Shown here: positions 1-14,290 of the stretch, one piece after another | Position numbering within the stretch: the first letter of the stretch is position 1 | How the letters are laid out: every line of letters starts with the position of its first letter | Assembly: GCA_951406725.2 (NCBI GenBank) | Contig: OX597825.1 | Location: 68,634,001 to 68,698,000 of the forward strand | Length of the DNA stretch: 64,000 nucleotides | Reading direction: 5' to 3' | Origin: Octopus vulgaris | Taxonomy: Eukaryota | Position numbers and translations under genes: made by a program | The notes under the pieces: generated by a model | What the model was told of the DNA's origin: nothing | Databases searched by the model: none | What the model saw: only the letters and a program-made list of their open reading frames with translations

Positions 1-355
1 CACACACCACACGCACACACCACCACCACACACCAACACCACGCACACACCACCAGCACACACGCACACACCACAAGCACACACACCACGCACACACCAC
101 CACCACACACACACGCACACACCACACGCACACACCACACACACACACCACACGCACACACCACACGCACACACCACACGCACGCACACCACACGCACGC
201 ACACCACACGCACGCGCACACACCACACGCACACACCACACGCACACACCACACGCACACACCACACGCACACCACACGCACACACCACACGCACACACC
301 ACACGCACACACGCACACACACACACACACACATACACACACATACACACACATA
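1..355. repeat. Complex CA-rich microsatellite/minisatellite (CACACGCACAC-type units grading into (CA)n)
   Basis: Directly visible. Confidence 0.95.
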
Positions 356-453
356 CTAGTTGAAAACTCTTAAAGAATAGACAATGAACCATTGCCCGAC
401 ATGAACTTGCTATCTAATCAAAAGACCTTTTGATTCTGTTATTTTATCCTCAA

Positions 454-824
454 CTAGCAGTATCGCCCGGCGTTGCTCGGGTTTGTAAGGGAAATAACTA
501 TAAAGCATTTTTAGAGAGTTATAGCCAAAAAATAGCAAAAAATGGAAAAAAAAATGATGGTAAATTTTTTTTGAGAGTTAAAAAGGTCGGGTTTGGTTCC
601 CCTAGACAGTCTGTGGTTTGTGTTTCTGATTCTCGACCCCATGTCGAATTTATCGATTTTTATCAGAACTGGGGGAACTTTTCAAAATTTTCACTGCGTT
701 AGTTTTGAATTATGACATTGGGCTATGTGTGTGTCAAGTTTCATCAGAATCGGTTGAAAGTCAGGGTGAGGGTACAACCTAACAGACACGCAGACAGACA
801 AACTGCCGTTTATATAGAGAGAGA
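454..824 (-). mobile_element. Non-autonomous Helitron
   Basis: On the minus strand: A|TC 5' end, 3' GC hairpin cccgagcaacgccggg followed by CTAG|T; no TSD. Same 3' terminus as the copies at 38791 and 46588. Confidence 0.8.
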
Positions 825-1179
825 TGATAATTCTGTTTTATGCATGTAACCTGAAATTATTGAGGAAGGCATTGAGTCAAATAAATTGACCCGAGTGCTC
901 AACTAGTACTTACTCTATAACCCTTGAATGGACGAAAGGTGAAGTCGACCTTGGTGGAGTTTGAATTTGGAGTATAAAGCTGGAAGAAACCTAATAATGA
1001 CAATGTAACGTTTATTCTTTGTTTTAGCAAACTGCCTCTAGATCAAAGCATATTTTAATTTTTCGGAATTGCAACTGAGTTGAAATCTCAAACTAATCAG
1101 ATATTGTATTAAATATTCTTAATAGATGGTATTTTGCTTTTTTTTAAAAATTTCACCATGTATGCTTTCTGCTTACTAA

Positions 1180-1293
<114 letters not shown>

Positions 1294-1740
1294 TAAGCTT
1301 TCTATATTTTCTATTTCCATATTTTATTGTCAGAATGCTCTTACTTTCTTGGTAAAATGACTGAAACATATGGATTTGAATTGAATTATTCCTCTGCCCT
1401 GAAGCATTTCCCAAGTTTGACAGGAGACAAGTATATGGGTGGGGTATATAAGTTAAGGCTAGTAAACTTCAACCTTTGCCAATATAGTGCACTATTTTAA
1501 TTTTGAAATTTGAATTTAGAACAGTCTTGGGTGGGGGAGTTTGAAATCACCTTTCTATACTTCAGCTAAGATATGAGTGGGGTATGAGTTAAGGCAAATA
1601 AACTTTAATCTTTGCTAATATTGTGCACTATTTTAATTTTCAAATTTGTATTTGAGTTTAGCTGGGTGGGGGAATTTGAAATTACCCTTCTACACTTCAG
1701 CTAATATCACTTGATTATTTTGAAATTGTTTTGACTGTGA

Positions 1741-1869
<129 letters not shown>

Positions 1870-3196
1870 TAAATTTTAATTTTCTCATCACTGTTTTCCT
1901 TCCACTTCTTTGTCTTATACTTTTACTAGATCAAAATTTGTGGATAGGTTTTATCTTGCATATCATTTAATCAATAAAATATAACTTAGGGAAGTGAAAA
2001 TAAGTTCGTGATAATTCTTTTTGTGTTCAAAACATTACAATTTTTACTGTCTTACTGTTAGTAACTTCCATCATTCTATGGGCTGCCCAACTGATCCTCA
2101 GCACTTGTCCTTAGCTCGTCATTTAGGACACCCTTGGTTGATTTGTGTTAGCCACCCTTAGGATCTGATTCACTCTCCTGTTACATCCAGATCAAAGTTT
2201 TTAGAAGTTTCAGCACAATGCTTTTGCTGAGGTACAGTCTTTTCTTGTGCTCTTGGGGCTAATATTTGTATACAGTCTTGCTCTGATTTTCTGGTTGCAC
2301 TCTTCTGTTTTGTCAACATTAGAGCTTGGGCACTTGTCACCTTGGGCATTGTATGGTAAACTCCTCTGGTGGCTATGGTAGTAAATATTAATGGCAGAAT
2401 GATGGTACATATTAAGAACACTCATCAAGCATCAGACTAAATCCCTTACAATGTTTATTCATTTTCTAATCCTGACATGCCTAATTTTAACATACTGTAC
2501 AGCCATACCTGTGCTTGTTAAGAAGTTTGCTTACCAACTGCATAGTCTTGGGTTTAGTCCCAAGTTGTGGCACCTTAAGCTAGTGTCTTTTATAGCCACA
2601 GGTTGACCAGTGTTGAGTGGATTTGGTAGATGAAAACTAAAAACACATTGTATGCATGTTACTATCTCATAGTAGATGTAAATGAGTATCACCATCATAC
2701 AAGTGGTGTTCTTTGTTTTTCATCTCCCATGAAAACTTGCCTGGTCATGGGAATATCACTTTCTTTGGAAGCTGGTCAGGGTTGGTGACAAGAAGGGCAT
2801 CCAGCTGTAAAAAAAAAATTACATCCCAACAAAATCTGTCCAATCTATGTAAACATGGAAAAGTGGATGTTAATGATGATGAAAGCTAGGATTAATTAAA
2901 AAGTTGATATATGCTGGAGTTTTTCTCCACATATTTGTAAGTTTTGTCTGTGTGAAAAATTATTACTATATGGGGGTTTGTTTTATTGAAGATTCAACCA
3001 TCTTTGTAAGATTGTTAAATAAGCACAACTAATGTATTCTTTATACTTGGAATAAATTGATTTGCATAAAGAAAAACGAAATACATTTTTAATCTCATTT
3101 TACTTACAATTTAAAATCTGAACTTTCCTCTTTTGAAATGTATAAATGATACAATTTCTCATTCACTTTGTTCTATAATTTTCTTTTCCACTTTAA

Positions 3197-3343
<147 letters not shown>

Positions 3344-3404
3344 TAGGTTATCTATTGTACTCACAGATGTACCTACATGCTCTGCTACTCAAATCATGGA
3401 TTAA

Positions 3405-3684
3405 CCCTTTAGCACTCGGATTACTCTACCAAATATAATACTTATTTATTCTCATCATCACCATTGTCATGTTTGCATGTTAGCTTGGGTTGGATGGTTT
3501 GACAGAACCTGGCAGGCTGAAGAGCTATCCAGGTCCCATGTCCATTTTGGCATGGTTTCTATGGTTGGATACCCTTTTAAATTGTGCATTAGTTCAATTC
3601 CAAAATTCAGTGTGATTATTTTCAGAATGACATTGTAGGGTAGGTGCGAGAGGCCAGATCCGGCTGGTTTTGAATGCTAAAGGG
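3405..3684. mobile_element. piggyBac-type MITE with a nested SINE fragment
   Basis: TTAA|CCCTTTAGCA ... TGCTAAAGGG|TTAA: terminal inverted repeats with a TTAA target duplication. Confidence 0.8.
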
Positions 3685-3851
3685 TTAAAGCAAAATATTT
3701 TTTCTGATTACCATTCATAAATATAATAGCTTTTTTTAAATTTTTTTTTAATATATGAGCTTAGAAAGCCCAAATTAGCTTGCTGCATTTGTTGAAAGTT
3801 AATGTCGCAGTTGGTATTTGTGTATTCAGATTTTGAAAGCTATTTTGACTT

Positions 3852-4150
3852 CATCATCATCGTGTAACATCCGTTCTCCATGCTAGCATGGGCTGGACGG
3901 TTCGACTGGGGATTTGGGAAACCAGAAAGCTACACCAGCCTCCAGTCAGATCTGGCAGTGTTTCTACAGCTGGATTCCCTTCCTAACGCCAACCACTTTG
4001 TGAGTGTAGTGGGTGCTTTTTACGTGCCAGGCGTGGCTGGCAACGGCCACGATCGGATCGGTGCTTTTTACGTGCCACCAGCACGGAAGCCAGTCAAGGC
4101 GGTGCTGGCATCGGCCACGTTCGGATGGTGCTTTTTACATGCCACCAGCA
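3852..4150 (-). mobile_element. Retroposon family D 3' part ((GAT)n tail, ttggcgttaggaagggcatccagc motif)
   Basis: Near-identical to 5015-5332 (inverted), 10211-10645 and 12567-12855. Confidence 0.8.
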
Positions 4151-4565
4151 CAGGGATCACAACTACAGTTTCCATTGATTTTTGATGTTGGTGTAGATCT
4201 CCTCAAGCACAGGGTCGAAACTGTGTTTCTTTACTTGACTTATTGAGCTGATTTCAATATTTCTGGAAGTTTGTTTCATATATTAAAAGCTGATTACAGA
4301 AAGTTCCTAGCTCATGGGTAAATCTTGGCATTGAGTTTGTACTCTGGAATCAGTTCTTGTTTTGAAGGGTTGTAACTTATGTGTATTGAGTATTGTGATA
4401 GAAACTTCTCTCTTATGATCTCATCTGTCGGTGAATCTTTTGATAGCTTCTGTTCTGTCAACTGCAATGATGCTGAAAGAGTTTTTACAGTGAGTTTATC
4501 AAGTGTCTTTCTTTAGATTAAATACTAGTGCAATGGATAAAGATCCCCCTTCATTCATGAATAGA

Positions 4566-4832
4566 AAGTTCCCCTCTGAGACACAAGTCTGGGCAAAGTT
4601 GTTTATGGAAGACCAATCGCATACTAGCCTCCCCTCTCCATGCCACTGATGTTATCCAAGGGAGAGGCAAAGGTCAATATAGCTTGGTACCAGTGACATC
4701 TTAACTCATTTCTAAAGACAAGTGAACTGGAGCACTGTGAAATAGTGTCTTGCCCAAGAACACATGGCCTAGTCCGAGAATTGAACTCACTACCTCGTGG
4801 TTGTGAACTTGATGTTCTAACCACTGAGCCAT
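4566..4832 (-). mobile_element. tRNA-derived SINE, family E
   Basis: Reverse complement of 6463-6790; tRNA-like head tggctcagtggttaga (A box) plus a B-box-like motif. Confidence 0.75.
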
Positions 4833-5014
4833 TCTAGTGTGTTAGATTGACTTAGTGGATTCTCTCTGTATTCCTTCAACAATATTTTTTGTTGTAGCTC
4901 TCACCTTTGGCAGGATATACTATTTTGATGTTAAGTCGTCAAACGGAAGATCCTTACTTTAATGACGGTAGGAGCAAATATCTAATTTTAACCTAAACAT
5001 GGACATCTCAAATT

Positions 5015-5332
5015 AGGCACGTAAAAAGCACCATCCGATCGTGGCCGTTTGCCAGCCTCGCCTGGCCTCTGTGCTGGTGGCACGTAAAAAGCACCATCCG
5101 ATCGTGGCCGTTTGCCAGCTTCGTCTGGCACCTGTGCCGGTGGCACGTAAAAAGTACCCACTACACTCATGGAGTGGTTGGCGTTAGGAAGGGCATCCAG
5201 CCGTAGAAACACTGCCAGATCAGACTGGGCCTGGTGCAGCCTTCTGGCTTCCCAGACCCCAGTTGAACCGTCCAACCCATGCCAGCATGGAAAGCGGACG
5301 CTAAACGATGATGATGATGATGATGATGATGA
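5015..5332 (+). mobile_element. Retroposon family D with internal ~62-bp repeats and (GAT)n tail
   Basis: Reverse complement of 3852-4150; ends aaacgatgatgatgat. Confidence 0.85.
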
Positions 5333-5686
5333 ATGAAGAAATTTGGTCCAGTAAAAATTTACCACAATTTCCAGTATTTTGCAGACCTGTTAGAATGTCT
5401 CAGTTTCAGCGCATTTATTGATTATTTTAACCAGAACACGTATCAATGTCTATTCATCCACAATTTTTAGGATTAATAATTAACTTTGTTGATTAAGATT
5501 TAAGCAATTTTTATTATGGTTATGCAGTTTAGGTGCTATATCACTTTGCTTTCCAACTATCTTGGAATCGATTTTACTTACATGTAAGTTAACATTAAAA
5601 CCCAGTTTCTTTTTCTTGAATCAGTAACAGTATAGTATTGGTGACTAAGTGAAACCTATTGGCTTTGTTCACTGTTAGCTCAGTGA

Positions 5687-6160
<474 letters not shown>

Positions 6161-6462
6161 TAATTTTTAATATACCATTTATCATAGTTTGGTTAGGTCT
6201 GCCATATGGTTGGAACATTTATTTGAAATTTATTGTATTAGCAATGAATTTCATTGTGACCCAAGTTGGGGTGTTGATTCATGCATCATCAACATTTAAT
6301 GTCTGCTTTCCATGCTGGCATGGATTGGATGGCTTGACGGGGACTAGTAATGCCAGGGGCTGCACCAGATTCATGGCTTGGTTTCTATGGCTGGATGCCA
6401 AATGCAAATACAGTGCTTGTAACAAATGACATAACACGTGCAATAAATCAACACTGCATAAA

Positions 6463-6790
6463 GGTGCATGGCTCAGTGGTTAGAGCAGTGAGCTCACAAT
6501 CATGAGGTAGTGAGTTTGATTCCCAGACCAGGCTTTGTGTTGTGTTGAGTAAGACCCTTTATTTCATGTTGCTCCAGTTCACTCCTAGGAATGAGTTGCA
6601 ATATCACTGGTGCCAAACTGTATTGGCTTTTGCCTTCCCCTTGGATAACATTAGTATGGAGAGGAAAGGCTGGTAAGCTTAGGCAAATGCTGGTCTTCCA
6701 TAAAAACTTAGCCCAGAGTTGTGCCTCGGAGGGTAACTTTCTAGGTGCAATCGCATGATTATTTCATGACTGAGCGGGGTTCTTTATCCT
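6463..6790 (+). mobile_element. tRNA-derived SINE, family E
   Basis: Head ggtgcatggctcagtggttagagc ... gtttgattccc (A/B boxes); related pieces at 4566, 36738 and 40100-40320. Confidence 0.75.
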
Positions 6791-6954
6791 TTTTTTTCTT
6801 TAATGCATAAAGTAAACCATTAGAGAAACGCCAACAAAATATAACGACTGCCATTCAGCATAAACACATCCTACACTCCAATAGCAAGATGTAGTTTAGA
6901 TGTGGAGCAACTCTAAGACTTATTTGGATCTGTCTTGTAGATATGTAGCAAAGT

Positions 6955-7336
6955 GGAAGCACTCCGTTGGTTACGACGACGAGGGTTCCGGTTGATCCGA
7001 TCAACGGAACAGCCTGCTCGTGAAATTAACGTGTAAGTGGCTGAGCACTCCACAGACACGTGTACCCTTAACATAGTTCTCGGGGATATTCAGCGTGACA
7101 CAGAGAGTGACAAGGCCGGCCCCTTGAAATACAGGTACAACAGAAACAGGAAGTAAGAGTGAGAGAAAGTTGTGGTGAAAGAGTACAGCAGGGATCACCA
7201 CCATCCCCTGCCGGAGCCTCGTGGAGCTTTAGGTGTTTTCGCTCAATAAACACTCACAATGCCCGGTCTGGGAATCGAAACCGTGATCCTACGACCGCGA
7301 GTCCGCTGCCCTAACCACTGGGCCATTGCGCCTCCA
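6955..7336 (-). mobile_element. Full-length tRNA-derived SINE, family C, with TSD
   Basis: tRNA-like head ggaggcgcaatggcccagtggttagggc...ggtttcgattccc; TSD atgtagcaaagt at 6943-6954 and 7338-7349; near-identical to 41332-41714. Confidence 0.9.
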
Positions 7337-8222
7337 AATGTAGCAAAGTAAGCAGCTTATGGTTTGGGTGCCTGATGTTTGGGAATGATGTTGAGGACTC
7401 CCCATAGGCAGTGGCTCTTGTAGATTTTGTTGGGTTTCCTTTTGTTGGGTTGCTTTAATTTACTGCTATGCAGTAAATTGAAATGCTATTTCAATGTATA
7501 TTAGCACAAGTGGAAGAGGATCAGTGGGAATCATTGCTTAATGTCTAAAGATGGTATAGACTCCCTTGATTATTAGGAAGATTTACAAATGGTAGTGGGG
7601 AATAATATGGAAATGGTCTACAGTATTAGTTTCTTGGTGTCAACATCATAGAATTTTATGTGATCCTGGAATACAAGTTCTGGGGTTCTCTTCATGTTCA
7701 GTGCCATGTTTTTTTTTTGCATTCTGTGTTTCTGGTCTTTGTATCTTTAGGATGATTCCCTATTGTTAATGAAATGTGGTGAAAATTCAGTTTTAGGTTA
7801 GGTACAAATTATAAGGCTCTGTTGGGCTTCACAACAATAATAATGCAAATACGATAATTTAGCTCCGATTCCCTTAAATGGTTTCATTTATCTCATGTTA
7901 CTGAAGTGTTTTTTTAACTTACATTTTACAATCTCTTTAATAAGTAATGTCTGACATTTAATATCTGAATTGTTAGAGCTGATATTACAGAACCAAGTTT
8001 GATTTTTTTTTTTACATGTTCAAGTTTTTTTTTCTAACTCATTGCTGATTTCAAATCTCATCTGGGTGAATTTGCTTCTCATTATTATTCTAATTTTGAT
8101 AAGCTGCCTGTAATGACTTAGCAATTCTTTATTTTGATTTCATGTTGTCAAAAATTAGCAGTTTGTAAAAAAAAAAAAAAGCAAAAAAAAAAAGCAAGCA
8201 TTGCTCATGTGAACTTCTATGA

Positions 8223-8402
<180 letters not shown>

Positions 8403-8550
8403 TAAGGATTGGTCATCTAAACTCTAGACATTCACATTCTAGAATGAACGTATTTATATTCAATTACTGGATTTAATGTCTCTAAATTTTGTAGGATGTC
8501 AAATTTTGGGTTTTGGGTTTTGCTTTGAATTTGTTTCAGAAAGAAAATAG

Positions 8551-8694
<144 letters not shown>

Positions 8695-9195
8695 TGAAGG
8701 CAAGATTGAATCTACAATTAGTTTTTAACTAAAAGTTTTTATGAATAAACAGCAACTTCAGTAAATTGAAAATATCAATTTTTAATTGTTTTAACTTAAA
8801 ATGTTATAAAAATCATAAATTTATTTCCAGCAATTTATATTTTGACTAATTAGAATAAAATTCATTTATAACAGTTATGTAGATATATTAAAAATGGATT
8901 ACTAGCTGTTTGTCAGTTCTTTTTAAGTTAGAGAAACCATTGATACTTACATTGAAACATGATTTATTAGTGAGCCGAGCTTTGGTTCTCTGTTGCAAGT
9001 TGTGTGTGTTTGTTTCTGTCCTTTGTATCAAGTTCCTGAATTCTTAAGTCATTTGATACCTTACTATTTTCTTACAGAAAAAATTTTAAAATTTCATGCT
9101 TTAAAAAAAAACAAAAAACACACATTTGAGTGAAATAAATCTCTACTAAAGCTTGTGATAGTTTCAATTTCAATGAATGATATACTTACATCATA

Positions 9196-9412
9196 AGGCG
9201 GCGAGCTGGCAGAAATGTTAGCATCCGGGTGAAATGCTTTGTGGTATTTCGTCCGTCCTAACGTTCTGAGTTCAAATTCCGCTGAGGTCAACTTTGCCTT
9301 TCATCCTTTTGGGGTCGATAAATAAAGTACCAGTTACGCACTGGGGTTGATGTAATCGACTTAATCCGTTTGTCCTCTCTGTGTTTAGCCCCTTGTGGGT
9401 AATAAAGAAATC
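9196..9412 (+). mobile_element. SINE family B in a GAPDH intron
   Basis: Flanked by the direct repeat gatatacttacatcat (TSD). Confidence 0.85.
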
Positions 9413-9595
9413 GATATACTTACATCATTCATTTGTTATACACTTGAAAGAAATATGATTATCAAAACTTCAATTTATTGTAGAATTCTTTATTTTGATT
9501 TCATGTTGTCAAAATTCTGTGTGTCTCTCAGTACATAGCTTTTATATTATACTAAATTCTGAACTTTTTATTTAAAATCAAAAATAAAAACTTAA

Positions 9596-9793
<198 letters not shown>

Positions 9794-9814
9794 TAAGTCA
9801 ACCTTGTCATTTAT

Positions 9815-9992
9815 GTGCCGTTGCGTTCTGAGTTCAAATTCCGCCGAGGTCGACTTTGCCTTTCATCCTTTCGGGGGTCGATTAAATAAGTACCAGTTAC
9901 GCACTGGGGTCGATATAATCGACTTAATCCGTTTGTCTGTCCTTGTTTGCACCCTCTGTGTGTAGCCCCCTGTAGGTAGTAAAGAAATAGGT
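9815..9992 (+). mobile_element. 5'-truncated SINE family B just downstream of a GAPDH donor
   Basis: Matches the family B core and tail. Confidence 0.8.
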
Positions 9993-10210
9993 ACAAGTTG
10001 TTTTTAATGTCTATATTCTGCTCAGGGGCCACTTCTTAACAATGTTCTGCATAACACACTGTAATCACAACAAAATTAACAATTGCTATTGAATGGATTC
10101 ACGATAGGCCGTTTCTTAGCCATTATTCCATACATTTCTTTAAATCTCTTGGAGATATTAGCCTTAAGTGGGTTCTTGTTGCAGGTTTGTCTCAGTTTTA
10201 CATTTGAGTA

Positions 10211-10645
10211 TCATCATCATCATCATTTAGCGTCCGCTTTCCATGATAGCATGGGTTGGACGGTTCAACTGGGGTCTGGGAAACCAGAAGGCTGCACCAG
10301 GCCCAGTCTGATCTGGCAATGTTTCTATGGCTGGATGCCCTTCCTAACGCCAACCACTCCATGAGGTTGGACGGTTCAACTGGTGTCTGGGAAACCAGAA
10401 GGCTGCACCAGGCCCAGTCTGATCTGGCAATGTTTCTATGGCTGGATGCCCTTCCTAACGCCAATCACTCCATGAGGTTGGACGGTTCAACTGGGGTCTG
10501 GGAAACCAGAAGGCTGCACCAGGCTCCAGTCTGATCTGGCAATGTTTCTACGGCTGGATGCCCTTCCTAACGCCAACCACTCTATGAGTGTAGTGGGTGC
10601 TTTTTACGTGCCAGACGAGGCTGGCAAACGGCCACGATCGGATGT
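10211..10645 (-). mobile_element. Retroposon family D with a 111-bp segment triplicated in tandem
   Basis: Units start at 10254, 10365 and 10476. Confidence 0.85.
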
Positions 10646-10985
10646 ATACTTCTAATTTCTCTGTCCTTATTAAATTTTTTTCATTGTTCATGAGTGAACA
10701 TGAAGTTCATTTTGGCTTAATAAAAAGCTGAAGTTGATGCATTTCTAATGTTTCAAGGGCATATATTTGCAAATGTTAAGTCGAGTTTCTTAGCACTCTT
10801 GTTGTACTGACTGTAGTTATCTCCCTTGTACATTGAACGTAACTTTTATACTAGTCAAGGACAAAGCATTGCCTCCAGGGGTTTCTGAATGTTACACCTA
10901 AAACTTTGCATTTTTCGGGTAGTGCGGCCAGCCTGGTGAAGAGCTGTGTGTCATGCGGCCCGCTGTATGGACGAATGCTATCTGA

Positions 10986-11120
<135 letters not shown>

Positions 11121-11243
11121 TTGATGGTTCCCAGTAACTTCACTTTTTGCTCACATGTAGTCTTTCTTATGTCTTGTAAAGTGGTCCCACCTTCATTTTT
11201 AGAGGATTGCTTAAGCAGATAAAGGCAGTTGACGCCTGCTACA

Positions 11244-11258
11244 AATAAAATAAATAAA
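11244..11258 (+). terminator. Clustered AATAAA polyadenylation signals of GAPDH
   Basis: aataaaataaataaa about 125 nt after the stop, followed by a U/GU-rich tract (ttcttttcattgtcgttgg). Confidence 0.7.
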
Positions 11259-11352
11259 AAATGAAATACAAACGCCTTATTTCTTTTCATTGTCGTTGGC
11301 TTCACCATCATTCCATTTCCATCCAGTTAACAGTCGTATGAGAGTCGTATTA

Positions 11353-11678
11353 TATAATAATATAATAATAATGAAATTATTGTATACAGTGCTCAGGTGC
11401 ACCACAACTTGTCAGAGTATATGCAGTAATGTACAAATGTCTGGGAAGTGAATAGTGTATGAGTCGGATACATGCTTCCGTGTGTATGGAGGGGAGAAAA
11501 TCAGGTGTAGTGTTGGCGAATCTCGGAAAGCATGGAAGTTTTGAAGGATGCAGTGCTCCAATAACTAACAACTGATGCCGGCAGTTTGTTCCATGCTTCA
11601 GCAACTCTCAGCGTGAAAAAATGTTTCCTGAAGTCATGGGAGCTGTGCTGTTTTCGGACTTTGTAAATATGTCCACGG
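11353..11678 (-). mobile_element. CR1-type LINE 3' end (5'-truncated) with (ATT)n tail
   Basis: Homologous to 18783-19040 (HDFRKHFFTLRVAEAWNKLP region). Confidence 0.85.
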
Positions 11679-11832
11679 AGGAGTCATTTCTCTGATTTCA
11701 AATAACTTTTAGTATTTATATACATATTTTTACATTGAGTTCAAATTATAATCAAACGATTTTTGCTTTACATTTTCAAGTCTTTTTCACCTTTCTCTGA
11801 AGATGGTGGTATGTGGTTTTAAGGAATTCAAT

Positions 11833-12223
11833 AGGCGCAGGAGTGGCTGTGTGGTAAGTAGCTTGTTTACCAACCACATGGTTCCGGGTTCAGTCCCACT
11901 GCGTGGCACCTTGGACAAGTGTCTTCTACTATAGCCTCGGGCCGACCAAAGCCTTGTGAGTGGATTTGGTAGACGGAAACTGAAAGAAGTTCGTCGTATA
12001 TATGTATATATATATGCGTGTTTGTGTATCTGTGTTTGTCCCCCTAGCATTGCTTGACAACCGATGCTTGTGTGTTTATGTCCCTGTTACTTAGCGGTTC
12101 AGCAAAAGAGACCGATAGAATAAGTACCGGGCTTTACAAAGAATAAGTCCTGGGGTCGAGTTGCTCGATTAAAGGCGGTGCTCCACCATGGCCGCAGTCA
12201 AATGACTGAAACAAGTAAAAGAG
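11833..12223 (+). mobile_element. Dominant tRNA-derived SINE, family A (ggcgcaggagtggctgtgtggtaag head, internal (TA)n(TG)n, gtaaaaga tail)
   Basis: A/B-box-like head and CORE-like accttgggcaagt motif. Further + copies at about 14291, 14825, 16149, 22874, 29367, 35280, 44648 and 61774; - copies at about 13103, 20588, 30368, 45462, 54628 and 62890. Confidence 0.9.
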
Positions 12224-13102
12224 TACTATTTCTTGCAGGCCAAGCGTTCACGTAGAGGCTCCTGTGCTGGATCAGCTCCAAAGGACTTTCATGTTGGTGT
12301 GGCTGTGGGGTTAGGAAGTTTGCTTCCTAACCACATGGTTTCAAGTTCAGTTTCACTGCATATCACCTTGGGCAAGGGTTTTCATTTGTAGTTTTGTAGT
12401 CCTGGGCTGATCAAAGCCTTGCAAGTGAATTAGGTAGACAAGAACTGAAAGTTAATCACATGAATATTTCCCCTCTTCATTTTGACATCACATATTTGGT
12501 CGTATAGGTGGTGTTATTCATTTCCAGTATTCTGTGAAAACTTGTCTGGTCTTAGGAAAATATTACATCATCATCATCATCATCGTTTAACGTCCGTTCT
12601 CCATGCTAGCATGGGTTGGATGGTTCGACCAGGGATCTGGGAAGCCAGAAGGCTGCACCAGGCTCCAGTCTTATCTGGCAGTGTTTCTACAGCTGGATGC
12701 CCTTCCTAACGCCAACCACTCCGTGAGTGTAGTGGGTGCTTTTTACGTGCCACCTGCACAGGTGTCAGGCGAGGCTGGCAACGGCCACGGTCGGATTGGT
12801 GCATTTTATGTGCCACCGGCACGGAAGCCAGTCAAAGCGGCACTGGCATCGGCCAAAAAATTAACCTTGCTGGAAACTACGGGTTGGTGACAAATGGCAT
12901 CTGGCTGTAGAAAATTTGCTTCAATAAACCTGTCCAACTCATGCAAGTATGGAAAAGTGGATGTTAAAACTAGTATGAGAAGACATAAGCTGAGAAAGGA
13001 GTTCGTCAGGGCTGTACTCTTTCTCCATACTTGTTTAACATCTACATTGAGTGGACACAAGAAGTAATACAAGAAGGTAGTATCAAAATACATGACTTAC
13101 AT

Positions 13103-13510
13103 ACTCTTTCTCTTTTACTTGTTTCAGTCATTTGACTGCGGCCATGCTGGATCACCACCTTTAGTCTTGCAAATCGACCCCGGGACATATTCTTTGTAAG
13201 CCTAGTACTTACTCTATCGGACACTTTTTGCTGAACCGCTAAGTGAACGGGACGTAAACACACCAGCATCGGTTGTCAAGCGATGGTGGGGGGACAAACA
13301 CAGGCACACAAACATATACACACACATACATATATATACATATATACGACAGGCTTCTTTCAGTTTCCGTCTACCAAATCCACTCACAAGGCATTGGTCG
13401 GCCCGAGGCTATAGCAGAAGACACTTGCCCAAGATGCCACGCAGTGGGACTGAACCCGGAACCATGTGGTTGGTAAGCAAGCTACTTACCACACAGCCAC
13501 TCCTGCGCCT
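13103..13510 (-). mobile_element. SINE family A, full length
   Basis: Reverse complement of 11833-12223. Confidence 0.9.
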
Positions 13511-14290
13511 ATTTCTAATAATACATATTTCTAATCATGGCTGTGTGGTTAGGGAGCTTGCTTCCTAGCTACATGGTTTCGGGTTCAGTCCCACTGCGTG
13601 GCACTTTGGGTAGGTGTCTTCCACTATAGCCCCGAGCCGACCGGAGCTTTGTGATTGAATTCGGTAGGTGGAAGTTACTGCCGTGTGCGTATAGATGCTC
13701 AGTGCCTCTCCGAAAGAGAGAGGGATACTGCTGTTTGCCAGACTAGAAGCAATGGTGAATAGTTGAAGTTATGAAATACACATGGTCTTTATTTTGACCA
13801 TAAGAGCGGTGGAGGAAAAATAAAAACCTAGTGTGAGCACTCCTTTGGTCAATAGATATTTATGGTTGCAAAGCACAGACTCTGATTATATTCTCTTCAA
13901 ATTTGTTCAATGTTTGAAATGTGGGTGTATAGGAAAATGTTATGAGTCTCGTAAACATAGAGGGGACAAACAAGGACAGACAAAGGGATTAAGTCGATTA
14001 CATCAATCCCAGTGCGAAACTGGTACTTAATTTATTGACCCCGAAAGGATGAAAGGCAAAGTTGACCTTGGCGGAATTTGAACCCAGAACGTAACGGCAG
14101 ACGAAATACGGCTATGCATTGCGCCCGAGGATCGTTGGACACCTGAATGGGTGTTACAACAGGTAGGTGAAAGATAACTCATGGACATTGTGAAAAAAAC
14201 AAAAGCTCATTTATTAAGGCTATATTCAAAGAAGTTTAGAAAACATTGTCATGGAAGGAAAGTGTAGATAATAATAAAAAAAAAAAAAAA

